Part shown: one piece after another, positions 37,740 through 50,344 of the stretch
How the letters are laid out: the number at the start of each line of letters is the position of its first letter
Numbering within the stretch: position 1 is the first letter of the stretch
DNA from: Mobula hypostoma
Lineage: Eukaryota
DNA length: 64,000 bases
Direction of reading: 5' to 3'
Assembly (NCBI RefSeq): GCF_963921235.1
Contig: NC_086097.1
Location: 62,560,001-62,624,000 of the forward strand
Position numbers and translations under genes: made by a program
Notes under the pieces: model-generated
The model's input: the letters and a program-made list of their open reading frames with translations, nothing else
Told to the model about the DNA's origin: nothing
Database searches by the model: none

Positions 37740-38375
37740 AGGGACAAACAGAGTGGATAGCCAGAGATCTTTTCTCAGGGCAGAAATGGCTAATACAAGG
37801 GGCATCATTTTGGAGATTGGAGGAAAGTATCAAAGGGAATATGAGGGCAGGTCTTTTACAGAGTAGTAGTTGTGCGGAATATGCTGCTGGGGTGGTGGGA
37901 GAGGCGGATACATTAGGGACATTTAATAGTTGCTTAGGTAGGCACATAGGTGATAGAAAAATGGAGGGCAATGTGGGAGGGAAGGGTTAGGCTGATTTTA
38001 GAGTAGATTAAAAGGTCAGCACAACATTGTGGGCTGAAGGGCCTGTATGTGCTGTAGTGTTTTAGACCTTTCAGTTTCCCAAGCACTTGCCCCTCAGGTG
38101 CAGTTGAATTTCGGATATGCAACTGCTGTCTTCCATAGTGATGACTAACGCAAAATAGTTAGGCACAATACCTGTTGTTTCTTTATTCCCTATTACTATC
38201 ATTCCAGCAATCCAAAGTCCACTTTTGACTCTCCTTTATTCTTTATATATCGGAAAATCTTTTTGGCATCCTCTTTCATACTATTGGCTGCTTACCGTCA
38301 TATTTCATCTTTGCTCTCCTTATTGCTTTTTTTAGTTGCGGCTGTTGGTTTTTTTCTAAAGCTTCCCATCCTTTA
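37740..38375. mobile_element. CR1 3' fragment (+, 37740-38060) abutting a CR1 internal fragment (-, 38060-38375)
   Basis: CACAACATTGTGGGCTGAAGGGCCTGTA 3' motif, followed by antisense VLGKLKGLK. Confidence 0.7.
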
Positions 38376-39054
38376 GCTTGGGTTTCTCACCGGGGTTCCA
38401 TGAGAGATCGTGATTTTAAAAAAACTTCGTTTTTTGATCTTTACTCAACAGGTGATTCCAGTACTCGCAGTGGTGGGCAGTGACCGAGCAGCCCCATTAG
38501 CAATCTCGGTAGAAGTCTCTCAGCCCAGTATGGCAGTGCACAGTAGGACCGTGTTTATTTGGTTGCGTCCAGTCTCAGTCTTTGATGCAAGGTAGGGGAG
38601 GCTGTTGATATTTGATGAGCGCTGTATTGCATGGAGGAGAGGACAGTAGGCTGATAATTAATGAGTGTTGGGTTGCACAAAGGAGAGGACGGTAGGCTGA
38701 TGAAGAGTGTGAAATGTGTTTTCCAAGCACTGAATGGACTCACCCAACTTGGGCTGTGACGTCAGCCTCCCCATCCTGAATTATCCTCAATTTCCCCTTA
38801 CATGCCATTGTCTGACTTATGGCAGTGAACAAAATCTACTGGTGTAGTAGAAAACTGGAGGAAAATTTTCATTCAAAAGACGGTCCAGTGTGGTGATTTT
38901 TGAAGAGGAGGAGTAAGATGGAATAGGTAGATTCTAGGCCTAGGCCTATGGACAATTCTGATATGATTAACGATGAAGAATTACCATCTTCTGAGTAATT
39001 TCACCGCACTAGTGCAAAAATGGACATAAAAAAGTCCATCTATTTTCTACAATA

Positions 39055-40240
39055 CTATAAAAGTTTATTTACACAACAAATACACAAAGTGCCAACATTA
39101 AGTATTTACAAGGCAGTGAGTAAATTAAAATATGATTACTATTGTCTATAAAACTGTCAATTTCCTGGGGAGCCCACTGCTTTCGGAAACCCCCCACTGT
39201 ACCCATTGTAACCGCCTGCTCCCTCTCCAAGGACAGCCGGGCATGGACGTATCCTCAGAAGAGGGACAGCCAGTCGGCCCTGGCAGAGCCCTCAACACTC
39301 CACCGCCAGACCCGTGAATGGCCATCTTGGCCAGGCTCAGGAGCAATCAAACGAGTAGATCCTCCTCGCGACCACCCCTTTCCGTACTGGGTGCCCCTGT
39401 ATAAGGAGCGTGGGGCTGAATTGCAACCAGAACCCGAGCAGCAGCCCCTTCAGATACTCAAACAGGGGGCTGCAACCTCTCACACTCCATATCAGTGGGG
39501 TACACTGACCCCTCCCGGTCACAGAATAGACAGGTGGACGTCGTGTCAGTGAACCTGCTTAAAGACCTATTGCACGGTTCTGCCTAATGCAGTGCCTTCC
39601 ACGCCACGTTCCCAATGTAGAGGGGAAAGACCCCTTAATAAAGAGATTTCCACTGGGGCCTTCTCCACTGCCAGATGGTAAAACAGACCACCGACGTCAT
39701 TCTGGTTGGCAGACGAACGCAAGGAAGTGAAAGGTGTGTAAGAGCAGCCGGTACAAGAAACGTTTGGAGCGTCATGGAAGAGCACTGTGTTGACATCTCT
39801 GCAAGACAGCTCACGTTGTGCGGGAGCTCTCCTTCATGGTATCCCAAGGCCTGGATCCAACAAGCACTTCTGGTCCATCAGGTGGTGATGAAGCCTGAAA
39901 CTCTCCTCTTCCTTGAGCCCCCTCGACGCCTACCATGATAGAATGGGGACCAGTCCTCCTTGCAGCTGGAGCACTGTACCCCACCGGCGTGGGAACACCC
40001 TGTCTGGATGAGGCTAGACTCCATACCCTCAACAGGTCTCGGTAAAGCCGAGGCAGTGCCCTCAAAACAGTGCAACTGATGCTGTCTGCTGGAAGCCGCA
40101 TGCCCTCCTGCAAGCAGTATCCCCAGCGGTGAAAGTGTGTCATCAGCACATGCCATCTCGGAGGGTGATTGCTATACAGGTATTTCTGCAGGGTTCTGAG
40201 GCAGAGAGCTGTCAGCTGAGTACACACACACACACACACT

Positions 40241-40283
<43 letters not shown>

Positions 40284-40440
40284 ACACACACACACAACAA
40301 TGACTGACTCCCCTCCATGATCAGAAGACTCAGGACTGCAGCAGAGTCCAAATGCCTTCTGTTGCCCCAGAAGAAGCCTACCAGCCTCCTCTGGGTCCTT
40401 GAGACACAGTGGGCAGGACTAAAGTAATCAGCCCGTACCA
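39055..40440 (-). mobile_element. Tx1-type (L1 clade) LINE 3' portion, decayed
   Basis: Antisense ORF2 C-terminus: QRRLVGFFW, GSQSL, LPRLYRDLLRVW, PLFEYLKGLLLGFWLQFSPTLLI, LLLSLAKMAI; AT-rich 3' UTR. Confidence 0.8.
40222..40296. repeat. (CA)n microsatellite
   Basis: About 75 bp of CA repeat with short CT interruptions. Confidence 0.97.
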
Positions 40441-40821
40441 TATCTTTTCAATGGAACATACTTATCAATGGGTTTTGCATGGACTGGTGATCCAGGTTGT
40501 CCTATTCCATTGTGCCTAGTCTGTGGCAAACAAATTACAAATGCAACAATGGCTCCAGCAAAACACTTAACTACAAATCACAGCCATATGACATGCAAAA
40601 GTGATGATTATTTTAAACAACCAGTGTAATCTCAAAACAAAGAGATTAAAGCTTTTGGAAATAAAGTCACAGTCAGTAAAAGGTTCAGGAAGCAAGTTAT
40701 TCAGTAGCTTTAGGTCCAGTTCACTCCAGAATGTTTTACCTCCCTCTGCAACCAAATCCTTGACTTTCTCATCAGGAGACTACAGTCAATGCAGTTCAGA
40801 AATAACATCTCCTCTTCACTG

Positions 40822-41310
40822 ACAATGAGCACCAGTGCACTGCAAGAATGTGTGCTTAGTTCTCTACACTCATGACTGTGTGACTAGCCACAGCTCAAAC
40901 AGCATCCAATGACACAGCTATTGTTGGCATAAACTCAGATAGTGACGAGAAGGTGCACAGGAGTGAGATAGATTGGATGGTTGAGCGGAGTCGCAGCAAC
41001 AACCTTGCACTCAAAGTCAGTAAGACCACAGAATTGATTATGGACTTCATGAAGAGGAAGCTGAAGAACCACGCACCAGTCCTTACTGAGGGATCAGCAG
41101 TGGAAAGGGTGAGCAGCTTTAAGTTTCTGAGTGTCAACATCTCTGCAGATTTATCCTGGGCCCAACATATTGACGCAATTACAAATAAGTCACAAAAGCA
41201 GCTATCTTTCATTCAGAGTTCAAAAAGACTGGGCATGACATTAAAGACCTTTGTAAATTTCAACAGTTGTACCATAGAGAGCATGTTAATTGAGCATGTC
41301 AAGTCTGGTA
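40822..41310 (+). mobile_element. Decayed Rex1/Babar RT fragment
   Basis: SNNLALKVSKTTELIMDF...VERVSSFKFL...CTIES. Confidence 0.8.
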
Positions 41311-42626
41311 TAGAGGAACTGATATAGCGATATATTAGACCAGCAGAAAAAAATCTATTCAGTTTCTAGGCGCAAGTCCTTCTTCACAATACCATTTCAA
41401 ACAAAGATCCCCAAACCATGTTGTTATATCTTACCTCAGAGTCTTGATTTTCTGCACATTTCCCTCCCCCATTCCTTGCACATAAGAATACAGACAGAAC
41501 AAAAACTATTCTGTTTTATAACATATCCCCCCTTTCCAATTTACCATGCAGTCCACAGGGTGGAGTGATGCCTCCCTATCAGTAGCTGTAGTACAATTCA
41601 TGGCATAAAGCACAGTATGTGCAAAAAACCAACAGTTAGTTATGTTGCAATTTGCCTATCGCCACAGTAGGTCAACGGCAGATGCAATCTCAATGGCTCT
41701 CCACGCAGTTTTCGACCACCTGGACAAGACAAACACCTATATCAGGATGCAGTTCATCAACTATAGCTCAGTATTTAATGTCATCATTCCCACAATCCTG
41801 ATTGAAAAGTTGCAGAACCTGGGTTTCTGTCCCTCCCTCTGCAATTGGATCCCCGACTTCCTAACCGGAAGACCACAATCTCTGCGGATTGGTGATAACA
41901 TATCCTCCTCACTGACGATCAATCCAGGCACATCTCAGGGGTGCGTGCATAGCCCACTGCTCTACTCTCTGCATACACATGACTGTGTAGCTAGGCATAG
42001 CTCAAGTACCATCTACAAATTTACTGATGATACAACCATTGTTGGTAGAATCTCAGGTGGTGACGAGAGGGCGTAAAGGAGTGAGATATGCCAACTAGTG
42101 GAATGGTGTCGCAGCAACAACCTGGCACTTAACATCAGTAAGATGAAAGAGCTGATTGCGGACTTCAGGAAGGGTAAGACGAAGGAACACAAACCAATCC
42201 CCATAGAGGGATCAGAAGTGGAAAGAGTGAGCAGCTTCAAGTTCCTGGGTGTCAAGATCTCTGAGGATCTAACCTGGTCCCAATATATCGACCTAGTTAT
42301 AAAGAAGACAAGACAGCGGCTATACTTTATTAGGCGTTTGAAGAGATTTGGCATGTCAACAAATACACTCAAAAACTTCTATAGTTGTACAGTGGAGAGC
42401 ATTCTGACAGGCTGCATCACTGGCTGGTATGGAGGGGCTACTGCACAGGACCGAAAGAAGCTGCAGGAAGTTGTATATCTAATCAGCTCCATCTTGGGCA
42501 CTAGCCTACAAAGTACCCAGGACATCTTTAGGGAGCGGTGTCTCAGAAAGGCAGCATCCATTATTAAGGACGTTCAGCACCCAGGGCATGCCCTTTCTCA
42601 CTGTTCCCCTCTGCCATCCAATTCCT

Positions 42627-43036
42627 AAACATCGACTGTACCTCTTCCTAGAGGTGCTGTCTGGCCTGCTGCGTTCACCAACAACTTTTATGTGTGTTGC
42701 ATCATTTCAGATCTCCCCCTCCCCCTCCCACTTTCAAGTCTCTTACTAGCTCTTCTTTCAGTTAGTCCTGACGAAGGGTCTTGGCCCGAAACATCGACTG
42801 TACCTCTTCCTAGAGATGCTGCCTGACCTGCTGCGTTCACCAGCAACGTTTATGTGTGTTGCTTGAAATTCCAGCATCTGCAAATTTTCCTCATGTTTGT
42901 GATTCCTAAATGGACTGGATTCCTAAATAATGTCGACTGTACCTCTTCCTATAGATGCTGCCTGGCCTTTTGCGTTCACCAGCATTTTTGTGTGTGTTGC
43001 TTGAATTTCCAGCATCTGCAGATTTCCTCATGTTTG
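42627..43036 (+). repeat. Three tandem partial Penelope-type units
   Basis: TCGACTGTACCTCTTCCTA...GCGTTCACCA...TGTGTGTTGC recurs at ~42632, ~42794 and ~42933. Confidence 0.85.
42764..42799 (+). ncRNA. Minimal type I hammerhead ribozyme motif (Penelope-associated)
   Basis: Stem I AGTC/GACT, core CTGACGA (42768-74), stem II GGGTC..GGCCC, GAAA (42788-91), cleavage triplet ATC (42793-95). Confidence 0.7.
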
Positions 43037-44198
43037 CCTAAATGGACATTGAAGCATTGGACACTACCTCACATTTTTAATACACAATTTTTCTGTTTTT
43101 GCACATTTTTAAAAATCTATTCAATATACATAATTGATTTACTTGTTCATTTATTATGTTTTATTTAATTTATTATTTTTTTCTTTCTCTCTTCTAAATT
43201 AGGTATTGCATTGAACCACTGCTGCTAAGTTAACAAATTTCACGTCACATGCCGGTGATAATAAACCTGATTCTGATTCTGATTCTGTTCTATATTTTCC
43301 TTAATTACTTTTAAATTTCCTTTACAAATTCATCAATCTGCTTAAAATACTGAAGACAACAGGGAACAAGGACAACAAAATTAATCAATACATAACTATT
43401 TATGCAATTCATACATTGTAACTTAAATATTTTATTTTAACTATTTGATTTGACTTATTTTTGGATTTAGTCTCAGTTTCCTAAGGTTAACTAATTTTAC
43501 CGAGAATGCAGACTGGAGTGACAAGGGTCATGACTTTAAAAGACTATTACTAATATGTCGACTCAGGCCTAGGGCATTAAAAGAAGCCAATGTTTAACCA
43601 TTTGACCATGTCTATAGGTTACATGGTCAGCACAACATTGTGGGCTGAAAGGTCTGTAACGTGCTGTAAATTTCTATGTATAATGAATTCCAGATAATGG
43701 TTTGCAAGCTTTGTTTGTTTGGCTTTTAGACAGTTGGCAATTTTAATGACTGCATTACAAAACTAGCACATCGCATGTGCACTACAATTTGTTTTTTAAT
43801 TCAATTAGGCAATGCTGATAGTGTTCTTGTTTAACATGCTGGCTTGCTTTATCCGTCCGAGTTCAGCAGATGATTAGCTGCACAATCAACAAGCAGTTTC
43901 CTGGGGATCTGGAGGAACCTCTGCCTCACAAAATCAACTCCAGCAGAGTTGCATCAGTGTACTGAGATCTGGCACCCTTTCTTATGTGCAGGCCTCAGTG
44001 ATGCAGCTATATGGAGTGCCAGTTGTTTACTTCTCTACACCGATTGGCATTATAATTAGCAGTGAGTACTTCCTTGTAACAACTATGGACTCGGCTGCAT
44101 GGTGAACATGGCCTCTGCAAGCTGGTTACAAAGCAGATTCGGCAATTGTGCTTGTGAATATGCACCTATCAGCTAATTACTATTTCATCATGATGGTA

Positions 44199-44528
44199 TG
44201 TAACCTCCTTCTTTTTGTTGTTGCACTTGTCAAGACTTGAGCAAAGCACAGCAATGATACGCTACCTGCTTGCATTCAGCCTTGCCTGAGAAAAGGGATT
44301 ATCGAGTTGGCTGATGCTGAAGACTAGCGGTATTTACTTTATATTGAGATATTCCTTTCAGCCATGGTGTTAACAACTAGTTTTCTGCTTGAGAGTTTAG
44401 CCAATGGCCTTGTTTTGCCGAGCATTTATTGTTTTCTTTTCCCTTAAAATCCTTTTTGCATTGGTCTGTGAACTATCGACCTGCTTCAGTGTCTCTCTCA
44501 TTCTCCTCACTTGGACCATATCTAAACA
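44199..44528 (+). mobile_element. Possible decayed solo LTR
   Basis: Starts TGTAACC and ends ...CCTGCTTCAGTGTCTCTC...TAAACA; no second copy in the window. Confidence 0.3.
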
Positions 44529-46307
44529 TAGCTGATATTTGTAGGTGGGTTTAAACCTTCAAAATTGCACCTTCCAACTTTTTACATCTTACAGTAAATT
44601 CTTTACAAGCCAAATTTACAATCTATTATTTTTAATGTAAATTGACACTGGCCAGTTCCCTCTCCACTCAGTGCCATATCTTGTGGCAAAATATTTCCAA
44701 CAATTGCAATAATAGGCCAATACACTAGCTAGGTCTATGGCAAGCAGAAACCACAGTCATTTCACAGCATAATTCAGGCAAGAATAGCTATATGGGCAAA
44801 ATGAATGGATGCAATAGACATGGGAAGGGAATTGAGTGACTATTAGTATAAACCTTTGGAAGGGATAATTGTTTTTTCAACATAACAATAGGAACATAAT
44901 TTCTCTTTCTAACTTTAAATTGTAAATATTAAAAACATCTAATATTAGCTTAAATGATCTGCATTAATGCAAACAATATTGTTGGGATATCTTATATCAA
45001 AACTATACTATGTTTTTCTTTTATTGGATTAAGACTGATTCTCAGTCCTGAACCAAGACAACACCTCACACTTTAAATATTATATGGTTTATTTTTATGT
45101 TTCAATTTGAAATCTTCTTAAGAATTTTGTCTTTGGAGCCATAGTGTCTGTACAGTTAGCTCAGATATTAACACAAATGAAAATTTGGTAGAAAGTAAAT
45201 ATTATTCTACTATTTCGTATGATACAAATTTCTGGTACTGCTGACTACAAGTTTTAAGTCATCAAATCAAAGCTTGTCTGTTCTCTCAGATTCAAGTATA
45301 ATATCCCACAATGTCACACACAATGTTGGAGGAACTCAGCAGAACAGGCAGCATCTATGGAGATGAATGAACAGTTGGCATTTCAGGCCAAGACACCTCA
45401 TTAGGACAAGACCTTTCATAAAAGATCTCACAATCCTATTGCAAAGTTCAAAGAAAATGTTATTAAAGTATGTATGTCACCATACACTACCCTAAGATTT
45501 ATTTTCTTGCAAACATATCTGAAATACAAGCAAGGGGATTTCCATCTGATTTTGACTGATATTTATCCCCCAACCGGCACTGTTTCATTTTTATTGTTTG
45601 AGCTTAAGCAATGCAGTTTCTGTGTTTCTGACTTTGCAACACACAGTTCAATTCAAAAAAAATACTTCTCAGGCTACAACGAGCACAGAGGTGTCCTGAG
45701 TTCGTGAGCAACAGCGTGCAAGTTCTTTCTTTTCACTTTTTATGTGGTGTGCAGCAGCCACTGAACAATGCACACATTTTCATGATTCTAAACGTTACTG
45801 GTGAAAAATTTATTAAGTTGTATCTTTCCTCTGAAGTGAAGGAGAAATATGTATTTTCTGGATCGTATTATCCTGAAAAGGGAAGCAATCTATGAAACCT
45901 AATTATTTATTGGAAATAACTGTGGCGTATGAAGTATTTCATAGCTTTTGGAAATGAAACTATAATGGATTTTTGGGCTGTAGCATAAATTCCATTTACT
46001 TTATGTTTTACTGATGTGTATCACAACTTCCACTCCAGCAAATCGAGATGGATTTTATAATGTGATTTCCTTTGTAAAAATCTGTGGGGAAATTCACTGT
46101 TTTATTCTAAAAAAAAACAAATATGTATAAAATGCAGTATCAATAATACACTTAATTATTTTCATCATATGCAAAGAAAAGAGTGCAACCAACAAAGTTC
46201 GAACTGTAATTTAATAAACAAAATTGTTTAAATGTTGTTGGTCATGGAGAATCGGTAACACTTGAAGCAGTAAAGTGGATGACTGACTCACAGTGGACCT
46301 AAAAGAC

Positions 46308-46535
46308 AGAATCAGAATTAATATCATGGACACCATGAAATCTGTTGGTTTGCAGCTTCAGTACAATGCAATACATACAAAACAACATAAATTACAATAA
46401 GACATATAAACAGTATATTAAAAAAATTAATGTAATAAGTATTTAAATAAACCAGCAAAAATAGTGAGGTAGTGTTCAAGGATTGGTTCACTGCTGTTCA
46501 GAAATCTGATGGCGAGGGGAAGAAAGTGTTCCTAA
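46308..46535 (-). mobile_element. Rex1-type 3' UTR/tail fragment (related copy at ~49070-49350)
   Basis: AGAATCAGAAT tail and similarity to the reverse complement of 43140-43287. Confidence 0.65.
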
Positions 46536-46734
46536 CTTTCCAAACTTCGTACATCCAACTACTATTTCGGTGTAACTGGGTGGAACAAGGAACAATTTCA
46601 GACATAAACTTTCTGTGCTTGACTTGATAGTTATTTTTCAGATATTGGAGCAGTCACCTGATAGAAGCATAAGATACTATCACCAAGTTTAACTTATCCA
46701 GAGGCTGGAGGAACTGTAGCTGTTCTATCATCAG

Positions 46735-48268
46735 AGAACATAGAACATAAAAAATGGAAAAATACAGCATAGATACAGGCATAATATTGTGCTGAGCTAA
46801 TTAAAATAGTAATCAAATGGACAACTAAACTAAATTCTTCTTTCTTTTACAATCTTTTTTATTGAGTTTCAAATTGATAAACATAATGATAATGATACAA
46901 AGAGATCGGGATTACAGTAATAATGATTAATGTATACAGACATAGATTCCGAGTAACATATTTAATTTAAACCTCCCAATCTCTTAATAACTGAACATGA
47001 AAAAGGTTTTTAAAAAAGTTTTTACCCCCTACACTAAAAAATAACAAAACAAAACAAAACAATACAAAGACTCGGCTGCCATATTTCATTGGTTAAGATC
47101 ATTATTTGTCATTAACTCTGCTCCTCTATACATAAGCAAAAAGTTATTAAAAAGGATTCGGAAAAGGTCAACTTACATCATATAAAAATGTTGAATTCTC
47201 CAACTAATTAACACTTCTTTAGTGTGAGCTAAACACGCTTTTATACAATTTAAGGTGGTTCATAGGGCCCGTATGTCTAAGGATAAGTTAGCTCATTTTT
47301 ATGGTCATATAAATCCTGTCTGTGACGGATGTAATTCTGAGGTAGCTTCCTTGACACATATGTTCTGGTCTTGCCCTCTTTTGGAAAAATATTGGGAAGA
47401 CATTTTTGATATTATTTCAGTAGTTTTGTGTATCGATTTACAACCTCATCCTATTCCTGAAATTTTTGGATTACCAGTGATAGACTTTAGTCATTTATCC
47501 CCTTCAGCTTGTCGTTTGATTGCATTTGTTACATTAATAGCCAGAAGATCCATTTTATTTAAATGGAAAGATTCTAATCCCCCTACTACATTTCAATAGT
47601 TTTCCCAAACTATAACAAGTTTAAATTTGGAAAAAAATTAGGAGTGGTACCATTGAACCTTCGGTTAAATTTGAAGAAACTTGGAGGCCATTTAAACTAA
47701 ACTCTTCTGCCTTCTAAATGTCTGCATCCTTCCATTTTCCAGGTGTCTATCTAAATGTCTCTTAAAAGCCCTTCATGTATCTGCCTCTACAAGCACTTCA
47801 GGCAGCACATTCCAGGCACCCAACACTACCCGTGTAAAAAAAACTTGACCCTCACATCTCCTTTGAAATTACCCCCCCTCACCTTAAATGCATGCCCTCC
47901 AGTTTTAGACATTACAACCCTGGGGAAATTATACAGTCTGTCCAATCTATCTATGCCTCTCACAATCTTACAATCCTTTATCAAAACTCCCCTCAGCCTC
48001 CACTGCTTCAGAGAAACAACCTAAGTCTGTCCAACCTCTCATTATTGTACATGACCTCTAATCCAGGCAGCATCCTAGTAAATCCATTCCCTCTCCAAAG
48101 CCTCGACGTCTTTCTGATAATGAGGCCACCAGAAGTGTATGCAAAACTCCAGATGCAATTAACTCGAGTTTTATAAAACTGCAACGTAACTTCCCGATTT
48201 TTGAACAGTGCCCTGACTAATGAAGGCAAGCATGCCATATGCCTTCTTAACCACCCTATCAACCTGTG
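46735..48268 (-). mobile_element. CR1 3' fragment interrupted by an L1 insertion
   Basis: AGAACATAGAACATA tail at 46735; CR1 sequence resumes after 47693 (antisense GFTRMLPGLE...ERLDRL). Confidence 0.8.
46842..47692 (-). mobile_element. L1 insertion with 5' inversion (3' UTR on - strand 46842-47196; inverted ORF2 C-terminus on + strand 47195-47692), 16-bp TSD
   Basis: + segment IQFKVVHR...CDGC...HMFWSCP...FEETWRPF; - segment continues IQHFYMM* then UTR, AATAAA and an A-rich tail. TSD TAAACTAAA(T/C)TCTTCT at 46826-41 and 47693-708. Confidence 0.85.
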
Positions 48269-49849
48269 CCAAGGCGTAAAACCAAGTATGATGTGGAACA
48301 GGGAGAACAGGAGCCCTGCATTTTCTGCTGTTCTCCAAAACTGTCCAGGGACTACTTCCAGCAAGTTACTTGACCCAAAGTTAATTAATTGGCAAGAAAC
48401 CCTCAACTGAATTATTGTGATGAGCACCAAGGTGTTGTAACTGGGACATGCTGCCTGCACAAATAACTCAGAAACCATTCCCTCTGTATACACATGGGGT
48501 TATTGAGAACTTTCGGTATTGTACATTGATTGGACAAAGGTCGGAACATGAGGCTGGCAGCTATGGTATTGAGATAACTTACAGTTATCAGTCACGCTTG
48601 CATCAGTCAGTTTGCAAACAGCTAGTCTAAATTTATCCCTAAGCTACAATGACAAGGATAAGGATAATAATAAAGGCTGATAAAGAATACTATGCATCAA
48701 AAGCAAATAGGGAGCATTAAAGGACCAGAATGGGAAAGAATGGCAATTATATCTGCAGCTCCAGACAGATGCTTCCTCAACAGCCATTGAAAAGTTACCT
48801 AGGAAAGATATTGCATTGTGCAAAATTGTTCCTGCCACCCATAAACCCCTGCCAAATAACCTAAATATTATTAATTATTATTATTAAATGCAGTATTTAA
48901 TATAAAATCTAAGAAATCAAGGCGGGTAAATTAGATCAAGAAACTTCTGTGTACTTTGCTGCTTTAAGCTTTAATAATTATTAGATCTAAAGTAGCTCCC
49001 TCAGACTTGTTTGGTCCTAATTTTATTTCATTTAAAATTGATACCAGTAGCTTCTCAGGGCTTTAAATTAGAATTAGAGTCAGGTTTATTATCACTGACA
49101 TTTGTCATGAAAGTTGTTCTGCAGCAGCAGTACAGTGCAAGACATAAAAATCACTGAAAATTACAATAAGAATATATAAAATATAAATAGTGTAATAAAA
49201 GAGCAAATAGTCAGGTAGTGTTTATGTGTTCATACACCATTCAGAGATCTGATGGTGGGGAGTGGGGGTGTGGTGGGTGGAAGAAGCTTTTGCTGAAACA
49301 TTGAATGAGCATCTTCAGGCTCCTGTACCTCCTTCTTGATGGTAGCTATGAGCTTTATCTAGACTAAATTCATTTAAAGTTTTAATGAAGTGTATCTATA
49401 ATTGTTCTGATAGGCAACAGGAAGCAATCGTGATATACTTCAAATCAATTTTAAAATTTAGTTAAACATTTCTGCATGAAACTTCATTCTCCATTTGAAG
49501 AAGTGCAGCATGTTGCATGTACCTCACAAATTCACTCCTGACAGGATGAAATTCCATACTTTGGGTTTTTAGCTAAGTGTACTATCATAATGCAGGTAAA
49601 TGATAGTCTGGAAATTTATAATACCAGGCAGGTGAATCAGTGTCTGCATTCTCTCCTTGGTCAACATTCCCAACCCTGGGTCTGTGACTATGATGAACCA
49701 GTTCTTCCACAAACCTAATACCGCAAGGTTCATGTGAACAGATTTTTAAGATATAGAGAAAATACTTCAACAATGTCCCAACCTTGCTTGAGGAATATAT
49801 ATCCTGGGCTTCTGAGCAAAGGGAAGCATCCAGAAGGACACAGTGCTCC

Positions 49850-50005
49850 TTAAGCTTTATAGTCTTCAGCCACTTTCTGAATTCACAAAAATGGAGAGGA
49901 GATGAGACATCCTCAAACATGTAGGACAGACTATGTAGGTAGATGCAGTATCTGGTGAAATGAGCAGCAGCTGTGACTCGAGGCTGTTACTGAAACACTC
50001 CTCTG
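49850..50005 (+). repeat. About 155-bp dispersed direct repeat (second copy 53763-53921), family uncertain
   Basis: TTCAC..AAATGGAGA.GAGATGAGACAT.CTCAA...GTAGGACAG...AGGCTGTTACTGAAACACT.CTCTG is shared by both copies. Confidence 0.75.
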
Positions 50006-50344
50006 CACTTTTCCTTATTCATGAAGGGAAATATGGTGTCTAGACTAAGGCTGACTGATGGGAGGAGCAGAGGAGAGGGGTAGGATGCCGGGTTGTGTGG
50101 GAGGCTAATAGTTAGAGCCAGGATGAGGATCTCAAGAGGGAAAGTGGATTCAAATATTTGAAGTCTAATCTATGATAGTTCTGACTGTGGAAATTAGGAT
50201 TTGAATAAGGCCCAATCAAAGATTCAAAGGTTCATTTATTACCAAAGTATATAATTCTGAAATCCTTCCTTTCCAGGTAGCCATGAAACCAAGAAAGAAA
50301 AGAAAGGCAGCATGATCGTCAACCCCCAAATCCCCCTTCCTATA

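Larger units (their letters stand above)
41643..43287 (+). mobile_element. Rex1/Babar LINE (RT to 3' end), interrupted by Penelope-type repeats at 42627-43036
   Basis: [46 protein letters not shown]; tail GGTGATAATAAACCTGATTCTGATTCTGATTCTG. Confidence 0.9.

Noticed and set aside
41420..41475. Minus-strand exon candidate of about 40 nt ending GAG|GTAAGA
   Set aside because: Phase-compatible with 28019 but too short, with a weak AAG acceptor; not distinguishable from chance.
43800..44190. Repeat-free, GC-balanced stretch as an enhancer or exon
   Set aside because: No ORF, splice pair or motif cluster that I can support without conservation data.
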